DNA from: Actinomycetota bacterium
GTDB taxonomy: Bacteria > Actinomycetota > Acidimicrobiia > Acidimicrobiales > Ilumatobacteraceae
Length of the DNA: 62,090 bases
Reading direction: 5' to 3'
Assembly: GCA_041159745.1 (NCBI GenBank)
Contig: JBEAXP010000046.1
Location: forward strand, 1 to 62,090
A program made the position numbers and the translations under genes. The notes under the pieces are model-generated. The model did no database searches and had not been told where the DNA came from. It saw only the letters and a program-made list of their open reading frames with translations. This document shows, in pieces, positions 18,602 to 27,714 of this stretch; positions within the stretch are counted from its first letter, which is position 1, and every line of letters begins with the position of its first letter.

Positions 18602-19411
18602 ATGTCGAATCCCCTGCTAAATGAAAATCGTCTGCAGAAGGCGGCCGAGGCCGATTCCGGCTGGGCCGCGCCAGCGCCCGAATCCCGTCGTCCGATCGAC
18701 GACGGCCCGGTCAGTCCGTGGAATCCCGCCACCACGGCGATGACTCTGGGTGGCACCGTGTCGGCCACGGCCGTGCTTTTCGTGCTCCTTCTCGCCGGTG
18801 CCGGATTCGGATGGGCTGCGGTCGAAGCGCCGCAAGGTGAGGTCACCGAGTTCCCCGCTCTGGCGATTGGTGGTGTTCTCGTCGGCTTGGTGTGTGCGAT
18901 CGTGCTCGCGTTCAAGCCCAACTGGGCGCGTGTTCTCGGACCGGTGTATGCGGTCGCGCAGGGTTTCTTCGTCGGCGCGATCTCACGTGCCTACGAGACC
19001 TACTACGACGGGATCGTCGTGCAGGCGGCCGGTGCCACGGTCGCCGTCTTCGCGGTGATGCTGGCTCTGTACGGCCTGCGCATCATCAAGGTCACCGACC
19101 GCTTCCGTCGCATCGTGATTGGCGCGACGCTCGGCCTGATGGTGTTCTACGGAGTGTCGCTTCTGCTGTCGCTGTTCGGCGCTCAGCCCTCGTTCATTTC
19201 GTCGGCGAGTGCTTTCGGCATCGGATTCAGCGTGGTCGTGGCGGTCCTGGCCGCCATGAACCTGGCACTCGACTTCGACTTCATCGAACGCGGCGTGGCC
19301 GAGAAGTATCCGCGCTCGGTCGAGTGGTTTGCGGCCTTCGGTCTCCTGGTCACCGTCGTGTGGCTCTACCTCGAGATCCTGCGCCTGCTCGCCAAGCTCC
19401 GCGACCGGTGA
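18602..19411 (+). CDS. Bax inhibitor-1/YccA family membrane protein
   Basis: ORF track, 269 aa. Seven predicted TM helices, a Pro-rich N-terminus, and 'AAMNLALDFDFIERG' near the C-terminus. Confidence 0.7.
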   Translation: MSNPLLNENRLQKAAEADSGWAAPAPESRRPIDDGPVSPWNPATTAMTLGGTVSATAVLFVLLLAGAGFGWAAVEAPQGEVTEFPALAIGGVLVGLVCAIVLAFKPNWARVLGPVYAVAQGFFVGAISRAYETYYDGIVVQAAGATVAVFAVMLALYGLRIIKVTDRFRRIVIGATLGLMVFYGVSLLLSLFGAQPSFISSASAFGIGFSVVVAVLAAMNLALDFDFIERGVAEKYPRSVEWFAAFGLLVTVVWLYLEILRLLAKLRDR

Positions 19412-20082
19412 CCGTCGACGCCCGCCAGCGGCGGGTGATCATCGTTCTCGTCACGGCACTCGTGTGCCTGTGGGGTGCCCGCTTCGGACAGAACCTGGCC
19501 CACGACTCGTGGAGTCATCTCACCCGGATGTGCTTCTGGGCCGGCACGCAGATCGTCTTCTATCTCGTCGTTCCTCTCGTCGTCACGCAACTCGCGGGCG
19601 GACACCGTCACGACATCGGCTGGCGTGTTCGGGGCACCTCCCAAAATGCGCGGACGTACCTCGCTCTGTTCGCGATCGGCGCACCGTTCGTGGTCGCGGC
19701 GAGTTGGTTCACCGAGTTCCAGAATCGGTATCCGCTCTTCGACGTCGTTCCCGGCCAGACCGGCGTGTGGGGCGACCTCGCCGTGTGGTGGGTGTTCTAC
19801 GCCCTGCAGTTCGTGGCCGTCGAGACGTTCTTTCGTGGTTTCCTCGTGCTCGGACTGGCGGAGGTGCTCGGCTCGACGGCGGTGCTGGTGGCCACCGTGC
19901 CGTACCTCATGATCCATTTCGTGAAACCGCCGCTGGAAGCCGCGGCATCGATCGTGGGTGGAATCGTCATGGGCGCGCTCGCTCTGCGCTCGCGCAGCAT
20001 CTGGTGGGGCGTCGCCCTTCACGTGGCCATTGCTGCTCTGATGGACGTGATGTCGCTCGGGCACAAGGGTTTTCTGTGGTGA
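19408..20082 (+). CDS. CPBP family intramembrane glutamic endopeptidase (CAAX protease-like)
   Basis: This frame lies within the track ORF 18892..20082. The start GTG 19408 makes a GTGA overlap with the upstream stop. Motifs: 'VAVETFFRGFL', 'MIHFVKPP', 'WWGVALHVAIAALMD'. Confidence 0.7.
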   Translation: MTVDARQRRVIIVLVTALVCLWGARFGQNLAHDSWSHLTRMCFWAGTQIVFYLVVPLVVTQLAGGHRHDIGWRVRGTSQNARTYLALFAIGAPFVVAASWFTEFQNRYPLFDVVPGQTGVWGDLAVWWVFYALQFVAVETFFRGFLVLGLAEVLGSTAVLVATVPYLMIHFVKPPLEAAASIVGGIVMGALALRSRSIWWGVALHVAIAALMDVMSLGHKGFLW

Positions 20083-20843
20083 AGGTCGGAGACTTCGCCG
20101 ATCGAAACGAGGTCGTCGGTGCCGCACTGGGCGGTGCACTGCTCGGGGCGGTGGCCGGACGTGCTCTGCGCTCGACCGCGCTCGGGGCACTCATCGGTTT
20201 TCTGCACGGCCTGGTCGCCGGACGCCGCCACATCTACGACTGGTCGAGGCGAAGGGGACGAGCGGCGTTCGTGCTCGATCACACCTGGGCTCTGCCCACC
20301 ACCGCGGCCGGTCTCGTGGCGCTCGGCGTCACGTGGATGCGCGAGCGGACTTCCGGGGTTTCGGCCGGTTACGAACCCACCTTGTCGGAGCGTCAGAACC
20401 GAATGGTGCATCGCGACGGACTCGTGTTGCGTCGCGGTTTCGCGGTCACCATCGGCACGGTGATCAACGGCGCGGCCGGACGTGACGGGGTGCTCACCGA
20501 ACGGAGACGAAAGCTCGTGACCGATCACGAAGATGTTCACGTCTGGCAACAGCGCATGTTCGGACCCTTGTACCCCGTCGCCTACATCTCGTGGTTCGTC
20601 GGGGGATTGTTGGTGTCTCTCGTTCGTCGCGCCACGTCGCGCCATGACGGCGATCTGTCCATCGAGATCGACCGCTTCGGCTATTACCGCAATCCGTTCG
20701 AATGGCATGCATACACATGCGATGGCAACTGGCCGCCCCACGGTGTCGATCCGGAGACGGTGTGGAGTGATCGGTTCCCGACGTCGCAGTGGATCCCGCG
20801 GGCGTTCAGAGAGTCCGCAGGAATCCCAGCAGAGCGGCGTTGA
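20076..20843 (+). CDS. hypothetical membrane-associated protein with HExxH motif
   Basis: This frame lies within the track ORF 19329..20843. The start is GTG 20076 or 20079, overlapping the CPBP stop at 20080..20082. The N-terminus is a Gly/Ala-rich helix. Motifs: 'LDHTWALPTT', 'TDHEDVHVWQQ' (H-E-x-x-H), 'NPFEWHAY'. I do not recognise a family. Confidence 0.5.
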   Translation: MVKVGDFADRNEVVGAALGGALLGAVAGRALRSTALGALIGFLHGLVAGRRHIYDWSRRRGRAAFVLDHTWALPTTAAGLVALGVTWMRERTSGVSAGYEPTLSERQNRMVHRDGLVLRRGFAVTIGTVINGAAGRDGVLTERRRKLVTDHEDVHVWQQRMFGPLYPVAYISWFVGGLLVSLVRRATSRHDGDLSIEIDRFGYYRNPFEWHAYTCDGNWPPHGVDPETVWSDRFPTSQWIPRAFRESAGIPAERR

Positions 20844-21768
20844 ACTCGGCGGGTGCTTCCTGCTGCGTCCAGTGCCCGGCACCCGGGATCATCGCCTTGC
20901 CCTTGTAGTTGGGCAGGAGGCCGTTGCTCGCGTCCACCATCTCGGGCCGCGCTGCGATCACGCCGTCTTTTTCGCCGCCGATGAAGAACGCCGGCATCGT
21001 CATCACACTGACGGCGATGTCCTTCATGATCTCGTAGTTCGCGTCGAGGTTGCGGTACCACGACACCGGCCCGAAGAATCCGCTGTTCGTGTACTGCTTC
21101 ACGTAGGTGTCGAGATCGTCGGCGGTGAGCCAGAACGGAAGGTGCTCGGGCACGTCGGTGAACATGTCGAGGAACCCGGTTCCTTCCATGGGCGGGAACT
21201 CCGACGGAACTCCCTTGTACATCTCTCCTGATGCTCCCCACAGAATCGTGTGCATCGATCGGCGAACGTCGGCGTCGAGTTCGCGCTCGGCGGGGCCGAC
21301 GGGTTGGAAGTAGAGGATGTAGAAGAAGCGGTCGCCCCACATGGCCTTGAAGAGATCGGTGGGTTTGGCCGGCCACGGCGTGAACGGAACGCTCACGCCC
21401 ACGACCGCGTTCACACGCGACGGGTGGAGACGAGCGGCGTCCCACACCACGAGTGCGCCCCAGTCGTGACCCACGAACGTGGCGGTCTCGTGTCCGTAGT
21501 GGTCGAGCAGGGCCACGATGTCGCCGGTGAGTTGGCGGATGCCGTAGGCCTCCACGTCACGGGGAGCCGATGAGAACGCGTAACCGCGTTGATCGGGGGC
21601 GATCACGTGGTAACCGGCCTCGGCGAGGAACGGCACCTGGTGACGCCACGAGTGGGCCGACTCGGGAAAACCGTGGCACAGAACCACGCAGGGGGCCGAC
21701 GGATCGCCGGCTTCGGTGACCTGGAGATCGACTCCGTTGACGGACACGGTGACTTGGCGAGTGTTCAC
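20806..21768 (-). CDS. alpha/beta hydrolase, epoxide hydrolase-like
   Basis: ORF track, 320 aa. Motifs: 'VVLCHGFPESAHSWRHQVPFLAEAGYHVIAPDQRGY', nucleophile elbow 'GHDWGA', and a C-terminal 'GAGHWTQQE'. Confidence 0.85.
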   Translation of the reverse strand: MNTRQVTVSVNGVDLQVTEAGDPSAPCVVLCHGFPESAHSWRHQVPFLAEAGYHVIAPDQRGYAFSSAPRDVEAYGIRQLTGDIVALLDHYGHETATFVGHDWGALVVWDAARLHPSRVNAVVGVSVPFTPWPAKPTDLFKAMWGDRFFYILYFQPVGPAERELDADVRRSMHTILWGASGEMYKGVPSEFPPMEGTGFLDMFTDVPEHLPFWLTADDLDTYVKQYTNSGFFGPVSWYRNLDANYEIMKDIAVSVMTMPAFFIGGEKDGVIAARPEMVDASNGLLPNYKGKAMIPGAGHWTQQEAPAEFNAALLGFLRTL

Positions 21769-21784
21769 CCCGCCAGTCTGCTCG

Positions 21785-21967
21785 TCAGGACGGGAGCCGA
21801 CGAATCAAGGGGTTGGACTCGAGGGCCTCGTCGGGGATCGGTCGACCCGTGACCTCGCACGTCCAGTACGCACCCGATTCGAGCCGCGTCATCGCCGCCT
21901 CGACATCGGCGAGATCGCGCTCGATGTCATCGATCGACGGTTCGTCGGGGCGGGTGTTGTCGGCCAC
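21785..21967 (-). CDS. DksA/TraR-like small protein with degenerate zinc finger
   Basis: ORF track, 60 aa. 'IERDLADVEAAMTRLESGAYWTCEVTGRPIPDEAL' matches the actinobacterial TraR/DksA layout. Only one of the four Cys positions is kept. Confidence 0.5.
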   Translation of the reverse strand: MADNTRPDEPSIDDIERDLADVEAAMTRLESGAYWTCEVTGRPIPDEALESNPLIRRLPS

Positions 21968-22024
21968 GAGCCCAATGTAGTGGCCGAGGGCTCGTCGAGG
22001 TGGTGGGAGGTAGCGTCGTTCCTC

Positions 22025-22582
22025 ATGTCAGACACCTTCCCGCCCTTCGATGGATCAGCCCCCAAGCAGCAGAAGTTCCGGGCCTACCCGCCCATGGGAA
22101 TCGATCCGACCAAGCGTTACACCGCCACCATGGACACGTCGATGGGCACCTTGGTCATCGCGCTCGATGCGGTCAAGGCACCCAAGACCGTCAACAGCTT
22201 CGTTTTCCTCGCGTTGAACCATTACTACGACGGCATCATCTTCCACCGCATCATCAAGGGCTTCGTCTGCCAGGGCGGCGACCCCACCGGCAGCGGTCGT
22301 GGTGGTCCCGGCTATCAGTACGAAGACGAACTGCCCAAGGCCGGTCAGTACGAAATCGGTTCGCTGGCCATGGCCAACGCGGGTCCGAACACCAACGGCT
22401 CGCAGTTCTTCCTCATCAGCGGTTCCGATGGCGTGCGTCTGCCACCGCTCTATTCGCTGTTCGGCAAGGTCGTGAAGGGACTCGACGTCGTGGAAGCGAT
22501 GCAGAACGTCCCCACCGGCCCGGGCGATCGTCCGCGTACCGATGTCGTCATCAACTCGGTCACGATCAGCGTCGCCGACTAG
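22025..22582 (+). CDS. peptidyl-prolyl cis-trans isomerase, cyclophilin type
   Basis: This frame lies within the track ORF 21716..22582. The start is ATG 22025 (MSDTFPPFDG). Motifs: 'FHRIIKGFVCQGGDPTGSGRGGPGY', 'SLAMANAGPNTNGSQFF'. Confidence 0.9.
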   Translation: MSDTFPPFDGSAPKQQKFRAYPPMGIDPTKRYTATMDTSMGTLVIALDAVKAPKTVNSFVFLALNHYYDGIIFHRIIKGFVCQGGDPTGSGRGGPGYQYEDELPKAGQYEIGSLAMANAGPNTNGSQFFLISGSDGVRLPPLYSLFGKVVKGLDVVEAMQNVPTGPGDRPRTDVVINSVTISVAD

Positions 22583-23786
22583 CCGACCGCGTTCTCTCTC
22601 GCTTCCCGAGGCGCGACGCATCGCCCTCGCAGCGCAGGGGCTCGATCGCGCGCGTCCCGCCGGCCGAGTCGATCGTCGGCATCTGCGCACCGCGGTCGAC
22701 GCGATGGGCGTCATCCAGATCGATTCGGTCAACGTTCTGGTTCGCAGCCAGGAACTGCCGGTCTTTTCTCGTCTCGGTGCCCATCGTCGCGATCTGATCC
22801 CGTCGGCGACGGCGCAGGGCGAACTGTTCGAATACTGGGCCCATGAAGCGGCCCACGTTCCGACGCGCGATCATCGCCTGTGGCGCTGGAAGATGGAACG
22901 CAGCCAACACGGTCCGTGGCAGTCGGCGCGCAGTCTTCTGAAACGTCGTCCATCGTTCGTCGACGAGGTGCTCCAGCGCGTCGCACGAGACGGAGCGATC
23001 ACAGCGTCTGATCTGCAGGAGCGCCGTGGGCCGAAGGGTTCGTGGTGGGACTGGGACGACGGCAAGATCGCCCTCGAGTATCTGTTCATGTGCGGTCGAC
23101 TCACCGCCACTCGTCGTGCTCGTGATTTCGCGCGCGTGTACGACCTGCCCGAGAGGATCATCCCGGCCGAACATCTGCGGTCCCGCACACCTTCGGTCGT
23201 CGATGCGCAACGCGAACTCGTCGAGAAGGCGACGCGTGCCCTCGGTGTCGGGACGGTGTACGACATCGCCGATTACTTCCGTCTCGACACCAAGGACGTG
23301 AAGCCGCGCATCGCCGAATTGGTGGAGGCCGAACGTGTGGTACCGGTATCGGTGGATGGATGGCGCGACTCCGCGTACCTGCACGTCGATGCTCGTCGTC
23401 CCCGTCGCGTCGACGCCCGGGCCCTGGTGTCGATGTTCGATCCGGTCGTCTGGAATCGAAAGCGGGCCGAACGCCTCTTCGACTTCCACTACCGCATCGA
23501 GATCTACACGCCCGCTCCGAAGCGTCGTTTCGGTTACTACGTCCTGCCCTTCGTTCTCGGTGACACCCTGGTGGGCCGCGTCGATCTGAAGGCCGATCGT
23601 GCGGCTGGTTCACTCCTCGTGCACGGGGCCTTCGGTGAGCCCGGTGTCGACAAGGGTGCGGTGGTTGATGCTCTGAGCGACGAACTGACCGACATGGCCG
23701 CGTGGCTCGAACTCGACGACGTGGTGGTGGGCCGACGTGGCGACCTGGCCCTCGCGCTTCGTCGGTCGATCGGCTCGCGTCGTTAG
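22542..23786 (+). CDS. winged-helix DNA-binding protein, YcaQ/AlkZ-like (DUF1006) DNA glycosylase family
   Basis: ORF track, 414 aa. Motifs: 'LSLPEARRIALAAQGL', 'VIQIDSVNVLVRSQ', 'EYWAHEAA', 'YVLPFVLGDTLVGRVDLKADR'. ATG 22542 is the only in-frame start upstream of the conserved N-terminus. It overlaps the PPIase gene by 41 nt. Confidence 0.75.
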   Translation: MSSSTRSRSASPTSRPRSLSLPEARRIALAAQGLDRARPAGRVDRRHLRTAVDAMGVIQIDSVNVLVRSQELPVFSRLGAHRRDLIPSATAQGELFEYWAHEAAHVPTRDHRLWRWKMERSQHGPWQSARSLLKRRPSFVDEVLQRVARDGAITASDLQERRGPKGSWWDWDDGKIALEYLFMCGRLTATRRARDFARVYDLPERIIPAEHLRSRTPSVVDAQRELVEKATRALGVGTVYDIADYFRLDTKDVKPRIAELVEAERVVPVSVDGWRDSAYLHVDARRPRRVDARALVSMFDPVVWNRKRAERLFDFHYRIEIYTPAPKRRFGYYVLPFVLGDTLVGRVDLKADRAAGSLLVHGAFGEPGVDKGAVVDALSDELTDMAAWLELDDVVVGRRGDLALALRRSIGSRR

Positions 23787-23795
23787 CCTGACCGC

Positions 23796-24530
23796 ATGTC
23801 TCGGCCCCTCATCGCGATCGCCGGCCGAGTCGCGGCCGCTGGACGCGTGTCGCGGAGCGCCATCTCGTTCGCCGGTCGCGTGTATCTCGATGCCGTTCTT
23901 CGCGCCGGCGGTGAGCCGATCACGCTCAGCCCGCGCGAACTGCGCCACGATGACGCCGTCGAGCTTCTCGATCGCTTCCACGGTCTCGTTCTCATGGGCG
24001 GGGCCGACGTCGACCCGCACCTCTACGGTCAGCAGCGGCAGCCGCACGTTTACGGGGTGAATCCCGAACAGGATCATTTCGAGATGGCGCTCGTACGGGC
24101 CGCCTTGGCGGCCAAGATGCCCACCCTCGCCGTCTGTCGAGGTATTCAACTCGTCAACGTGGCACTGGGTGGCTCACTCATTCAGCACATCGGCGAGACG
24201 TCGGTGCAACACGCACCCACAAAGTTTCCGGCCGGCCAGGACTTCGTGCTCCACGACGTGACGATCGTGAAGGGCTCCAAGTTGGCCGCGGCCATGGGTA
24301 CGACCAAGGCCCGCGTCGCATCGTTCCACCACCAGGGTCTCGACGAGATCGCCAAGGGCCTGAAGGTCACCGCTTCCTCAGCCGACGGTCTCGTCGAAGG
24401 TCTCGAACACACCGGAACTGGTCAATGGCTTCTCGGTGTTCAGTGGCATCCGGAAGACACCGCATCCACCGACCCGGCGCAGCAGTCGTTGTACGACGAA
24501 CTCGTCAAGCGTTCGTCGCGTCGCGTCTGA
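23796..24530 (+). CDS. gamma-glutamyl-GABA hydrolase-like class I glutamine amidotransferase (peptidase C26)
   Basis: ORF track, 244 aa. Motifs: 'LAVCRGIQLVNVALGGSL' (catalytic Cys), 'GVQWHPE'. Confidence 0.85.
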   Translation: MSRPLIAIAGRVAAAGRVSRSAISFAGRVYLDAVLRAGGEPITLSPRELRHDDAVELLDRFHGLVLMGGADVDPHLYGQQRQPHVYGVNPEQDHFEMALVRAALAAKMPTLAVCRGIQLVNVALGGSLIQHIGETSVQHAPTKFPAGQDFVLHDVTIVKGSKLAAAMGTTKARVASFHHQGLDEIAKGLKVTASSADGLVEGLEHTGTGQWLLGVQWHPEDTASTDPAQQSLYDELVKRSSRRV

Positions 24531-24544
24531 TCGATTTCGCCGAT

Positions 24545-25465
24545 TCAGACGTCTTGTTGGAAGGCCGCTGGAACCTGACGACTGGGTGAGTCGGGTCCGA
24601 GCGCCCACCGCATCGCCCGGGCGAGAACGTCGCCGGCCGGCCGCACGATCGCCCGCTCGCTCACGGGGAACCAGGGCAGTCGGAGCGGAACGCGAGCCCA
24701 CAATGGGAGAAGGCTCACGGCAGCGGCGGCGATCACGCCGTACACCGGGCGCGCGATCATCGGGAGCGGAGGAGTCACGAGCAGATAACGCGCGGCCTCG
24801 CGCGCCTCTCGCGAGCTCTTCAATTCGGGGCGATACGCGGCGAGTTGGCGCTTGAGCTGCAACGTCGACGTGGGAGGATCGATCACACCGAGTCGATCGG
24901 CGATCACGGCCATGTCGGCCACGTAGCGATCGGCATCGGAAGCCGAGAGCGTGGTCTCTCCGAATCGGCGGTGCGACTGCAAGAACGAGTCGACTTCGGC
25001 CAAATGAACCCACTTCAGGAGATGCGGGTCGTTCGCGCTGTAGCGACGGCCGTCGCTCGCCGTCCCAACTACGCGAGTGTGCACGCGCTTCACCATCTCG
25101 ATGGCCTTGGTGGCTTCGGCTTCCGGACCGAACGTCGTGGCGGCGAGGAAGTCGGCGGTGCGCTGCAGGCGGCCCCACGGGTCGTGTCGGTAGTCGCTGT
25201 GTTGCGCGACGCCGGCCATGGCGAGCGGATGGAGGGATTGGAAGAGCAGAGCGCGCAGGCCGCCGATGAACATCGCGGTGTCGGAGTGAACCGTGCGAAT
25301 CGGGCGGCTCTCGTCGAACCACCGCGGACCGGGCGCCGTGAACAGCTCGCCCGCCCGCTGCTCGGCGTTGGCCCCCACCACTCGTGATCGGACGGCATCG
25401 GCCAGGACCGAGCGAACGGGTTCGATCGGCGAAGGTCGATGAGCCTTGGAGTTCACGTCGCCCAT
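24545..25465 (-). CDS. oxygenase MpaB family (DUF2236) protein
   Basis: This is the C-terminal 306 codons of the 831-aa track ORF 24545..27040. The start is ATG 25465 (MGDVNSKAH). Motifs: 'FIGGLRALLFQSLHPLAMAGV', 'ANDPHLLKWVH'. The upstream part of the track ORF is antisense to the AI-2E gene. Confidence 0.7.
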   Translation of the reverse strand: MGDVNSKAHRPSPIEPVRSVLADAVRSRVVGANAEQRAGELFTAPGPRWFDESRPIRTVHSDTAMFIGGLRALLFQSLHPLAMAGVAQHSDYRHDPWGRLQRTADFLAATTFGPEAEATKAIEMVKRVHTRVVGTASDGRRYSANDPHLLKWVHLAEVDSFLQSHRRFGETTLSASDADRYVADMAVIADRLGVIDPPTSTLQLKRQLAAYRPELKSSREAREAARYLLVTPPLPMIARPVYGVIAAAAVSLLPLWARVPLRLPWFPVSERAIVRPAGDVLARAMRWALGPDSPSRQVPAAFQQDV

Positions 25466-25516
25466 CGTTCCACCTCCCGCGGTGGACTGCTCTGTTCGGG
25501 TCAGTACGCTCGTCAC

Positions 25517-26707
25517 ATGTCGGATGGTGAGAAGACCGGCGGAGTCGAGTTCGATCCGAACTCCTCGAAGATGCCGCGCTGGATCTGGAAGGCGGTCATC
25601 GTCTTCTGGCTCGGTTTCCTGGCCACGATCGTCGTTCGATACGCGTACGACCGGTTGTTCTCGCTGCTCATCTTGCTGCTGGTGTCGCTGTTCCTCGCGC
25701 TGGCGATCGAACCAGGTGTGGCTCGACTGGCCCGCCGAGGTTGGCCCCGTGGACGATCGACCTTGATCATCCTTCTCGGAGTCGTCGCGGCGGTCCTCAT
25801 CTTCGTGGTGGCGATCGGAACCCTGGTCGGCACGCAGGTCGCCGACTTGTTGCAGAACTCCGAGCGCTACGTGAATCGGACGGTCAACTTCCTGAACGAC
25901 ACGTTCGGCGCCAACATCGACGCGGGCGCCGTCAACGACAGTATCCAGGACCCCGACGGAGCCGTTCAGGAATTCATCCGCAATCGCCAGGACGATGCGT
26001 TGCAGCTCTCGGTCACCGCCCTGGGTCTTCTTCTGCAGGGTTTCTCGGTGATGCTGTTCACCTTCTACTTGGTGGCCGATGGCCCGCGTATGAGGCGCGC
26101 GATCTGCGGCCGCCTCCCGGCGGCACGGCAGCAGCGAGTTCTCGACACTTGGGATCTCGCGATCGACAAGACCGGCGGCTATCTGTATTCGCGGGCGTTG
26201 CTCGCCGGAGCCTCGGCTCTCGTGCACTGGATCGCGTTCCAGTCGATCGGTACAGCGGCACCGGTCGCCCTGGCGATCTGGGTCGGCCTGATCTCGCAGT
26301 TCATTCCCGTGATCGGCACGTACGTCGCCGGCGTACTGCCGATTCTTCTCACGTTCATCGATTCGCCGATCAAGGCGTTGGCTGTCGTGCTCGTGATCAT
26401 CCTGTATCAGCAGTTGGAGAACTTCCTGATCGCTCCGCGGATCACCGCGCGAACCATGGAGATTCATCCGGCCGTCTCGTTCGGTTCGGCCATAGCGGGC
26501 GCCGCGTTGCTCGGACCAGTCGGTGCCGTCCTGGCATTGCCGGTGGCCGCGATGGCGGTGGCACTGGCGTCCGCGTCGGGTGAGCGGCACGAGTTGATCG
26601 ACAACCCCCTCATTCGAGTACCCGAGAAGAAAGCGAAGCGTCGCGAGCGCAACTCCGAACATTCGACGGGTGAGCGTCGCCGCTTCCGGCGCGGCCGCAA
26701 CGCATGA
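25517..26707 (+). CDS. AI-2E family transporter (PerM/UPF0118)
   Basis: Track ORF 25439..26707. I prefer ATG 25517 as the start (MSDGEKTGG). The protein is polytopic with about 8 TM helices. Motifs: 'DKTGGYLYSRALLA', 'ILYQQLENFLIAPRI'. Confidence 0.8.
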   Translation: MSDGEKTGGVEFDPNSSKMPRWIWKAVIVFWLGFLATIVVRYAYDRLFSLLILLLVSLFLALAIEPGVARLARRGWPRGRSTLIILLGVVAAVLIFVVAIGTLVGTQVADLLQNSERYVNRTVNFLNDTFGANIDAGAVNDSIQDPDGAVQEFIRNRQDDALQLSVTALGLLLQGFSVMLFTFYLVADGPRMRRAICGRLPAARQQRVLDTWDLAIDKTGGYLYSRALLAGASALVHWIAFQSIGTAAPVALAIWVGLISQFIPVIGTYVAGVLPILLTFIDSPIKALAVVLVIILYQQLENFLIAPRITARTMEIHPAVSFGSAIAGAALLGPVGAVLALPVAAMAVALASASGERHELIDNPLIRVPEKKAKRRERNSEHSTGERRRFRRGRNA

Positions 26708-27708
26708 CGCGGAGTCCGGTCGATCCGCTGTCCGCGTACGAGCCGATCGCCGCCTCGTTTCGCAGCGGTCGACTCGAATCGGTTCATCACGCCGCCGTGG
26801 TCGCTCTCGACTCCGACGGTCGCATTTCGTTCGCCGCGGGCGATCCCGATCTCGAGATCTACCCGCGTTCGTCGATGAAGCCGTTGCAGGCCAACGCCAT
26901 GCTCGCCGCCGGACTCGACCTGCCCGACGACCTGCTCGCGTTGGTGTGCTCGAGCCACGACGGGCTACCGCAACATCTCGACGGGGTTCGTCGCATCCTT
27001 GCCTCCGTGGGTCTCGACGAGTCCGCTCTCCGCAACACACCTGATCTGCCGCTCGACGATCACGAGGCTCACGGCGTTCTGCGTCGCGGCGGTTCCGAGT
27101 CGTCGCTCCAGCAGAACTGCTCGGGCAAGCACGCGGGAATGCTGGCCACCTGTGTGTCGTCGGGGTGGGCGCATGATTCGTCGTACCTCGGTGAAGATCA
27201 TCCGCTGCAGCGCTCGATCACCGACTCGCTGCCGGCGTTGACCGCCGGTCGGGTCGCGGCCATCGGAGTCGATGGCTGCGGAGCACCGGCGCACGTCATC
27301 AGCCTTCTGGGTTTGGCCCACTCGTTCCGCAACCTGGCCACGGGTGAGGCGGGTGAGCATGGTCGGCGCGTTCATCGCGCCATGACGTCCCATCCTGAGA
27401 TGGTGGGGGGACCGAGGCGCGACGTGACGCTCGTGATGAAGGGCGTGCCCGGACTGATGGGGAAGGACGGCGCGGAAGGCGTGTTCGCGGTGGCGTTGCC
27501 CGACGGGCGAGCGGTGGCCATGAAGGTGGCCGACGGCGCCAACCGTGCCCGCCCGCCGATCATGCGCGGCGCCCTCACGTTGCTCGGTATCGACACGTCG
27601 TCGGTCGACCCGAGTGCGTTCACATCGACGATCCTCGGCCATGGACGGCGGGTGGGTGAAGTGCGTATCGTCGGGTCTCTGGCGGCCGCAGTCGGAAGCC
27701 GGGACTGA
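26704..27708 (+). CDS. asparaginase (L-asparaginase II / PF06089-type)
   Basis: ORF track, 334 aa. Motifs: 'YPRSSMKPLQA', 'NCSGKHAGMLA', 'GKDGAEGV'. ATGA overlap with the upstream stop. Confidence 0.75.
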   Translation: MTRSPVDPLSAYEPIAASFRSGRLESVHHAAVVALDSDGRISFAAGDPDLEIYPRSSMKPLQANAMLAAGLDLPDDLLALVCSSHDGLPQHLDGVRRILASVGLDESALRNTPDLPLDDHEAHGVLRRGGSESSLQQNCSGKHAGMLATCVSSGWAHDSSYLGEDHPLQRSITDSLPALTAGRVAAIGVDGCGAPAHVISLLGLAHSFRNLATGEAGEHGRRVHRAMTSHPEMVGGPRRDVTLVMKGVPGLMGKDGAEGVFAVALPDGRAVAMKVADGANRARPPIMRGALTLLGIDTSSVDPSAFTSTILGHGRRVGEVRIVGSLAAAVGSRD

Positions 27709-27714
27709 TCTCCG

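Noticed and set aside
22025-22582. The two cyclophilin genes (22025..22582 and 53332..54210) as a recent duplication
   Set aside because: They share only family motifs. One is cytosolic and the other membrane-anchored, and there is no extended nucleotide identity.
25466-27040. The N-terminal 525 codons of the 831-aa minus-strand ORF 24545..27040
   Set aside because: This stretch is antisense to the AI-2E transporter and asparaginase genes and is Arg-rich nonsense. Only the C-terminal 306 aa (MpaB/DUF2236) look real.
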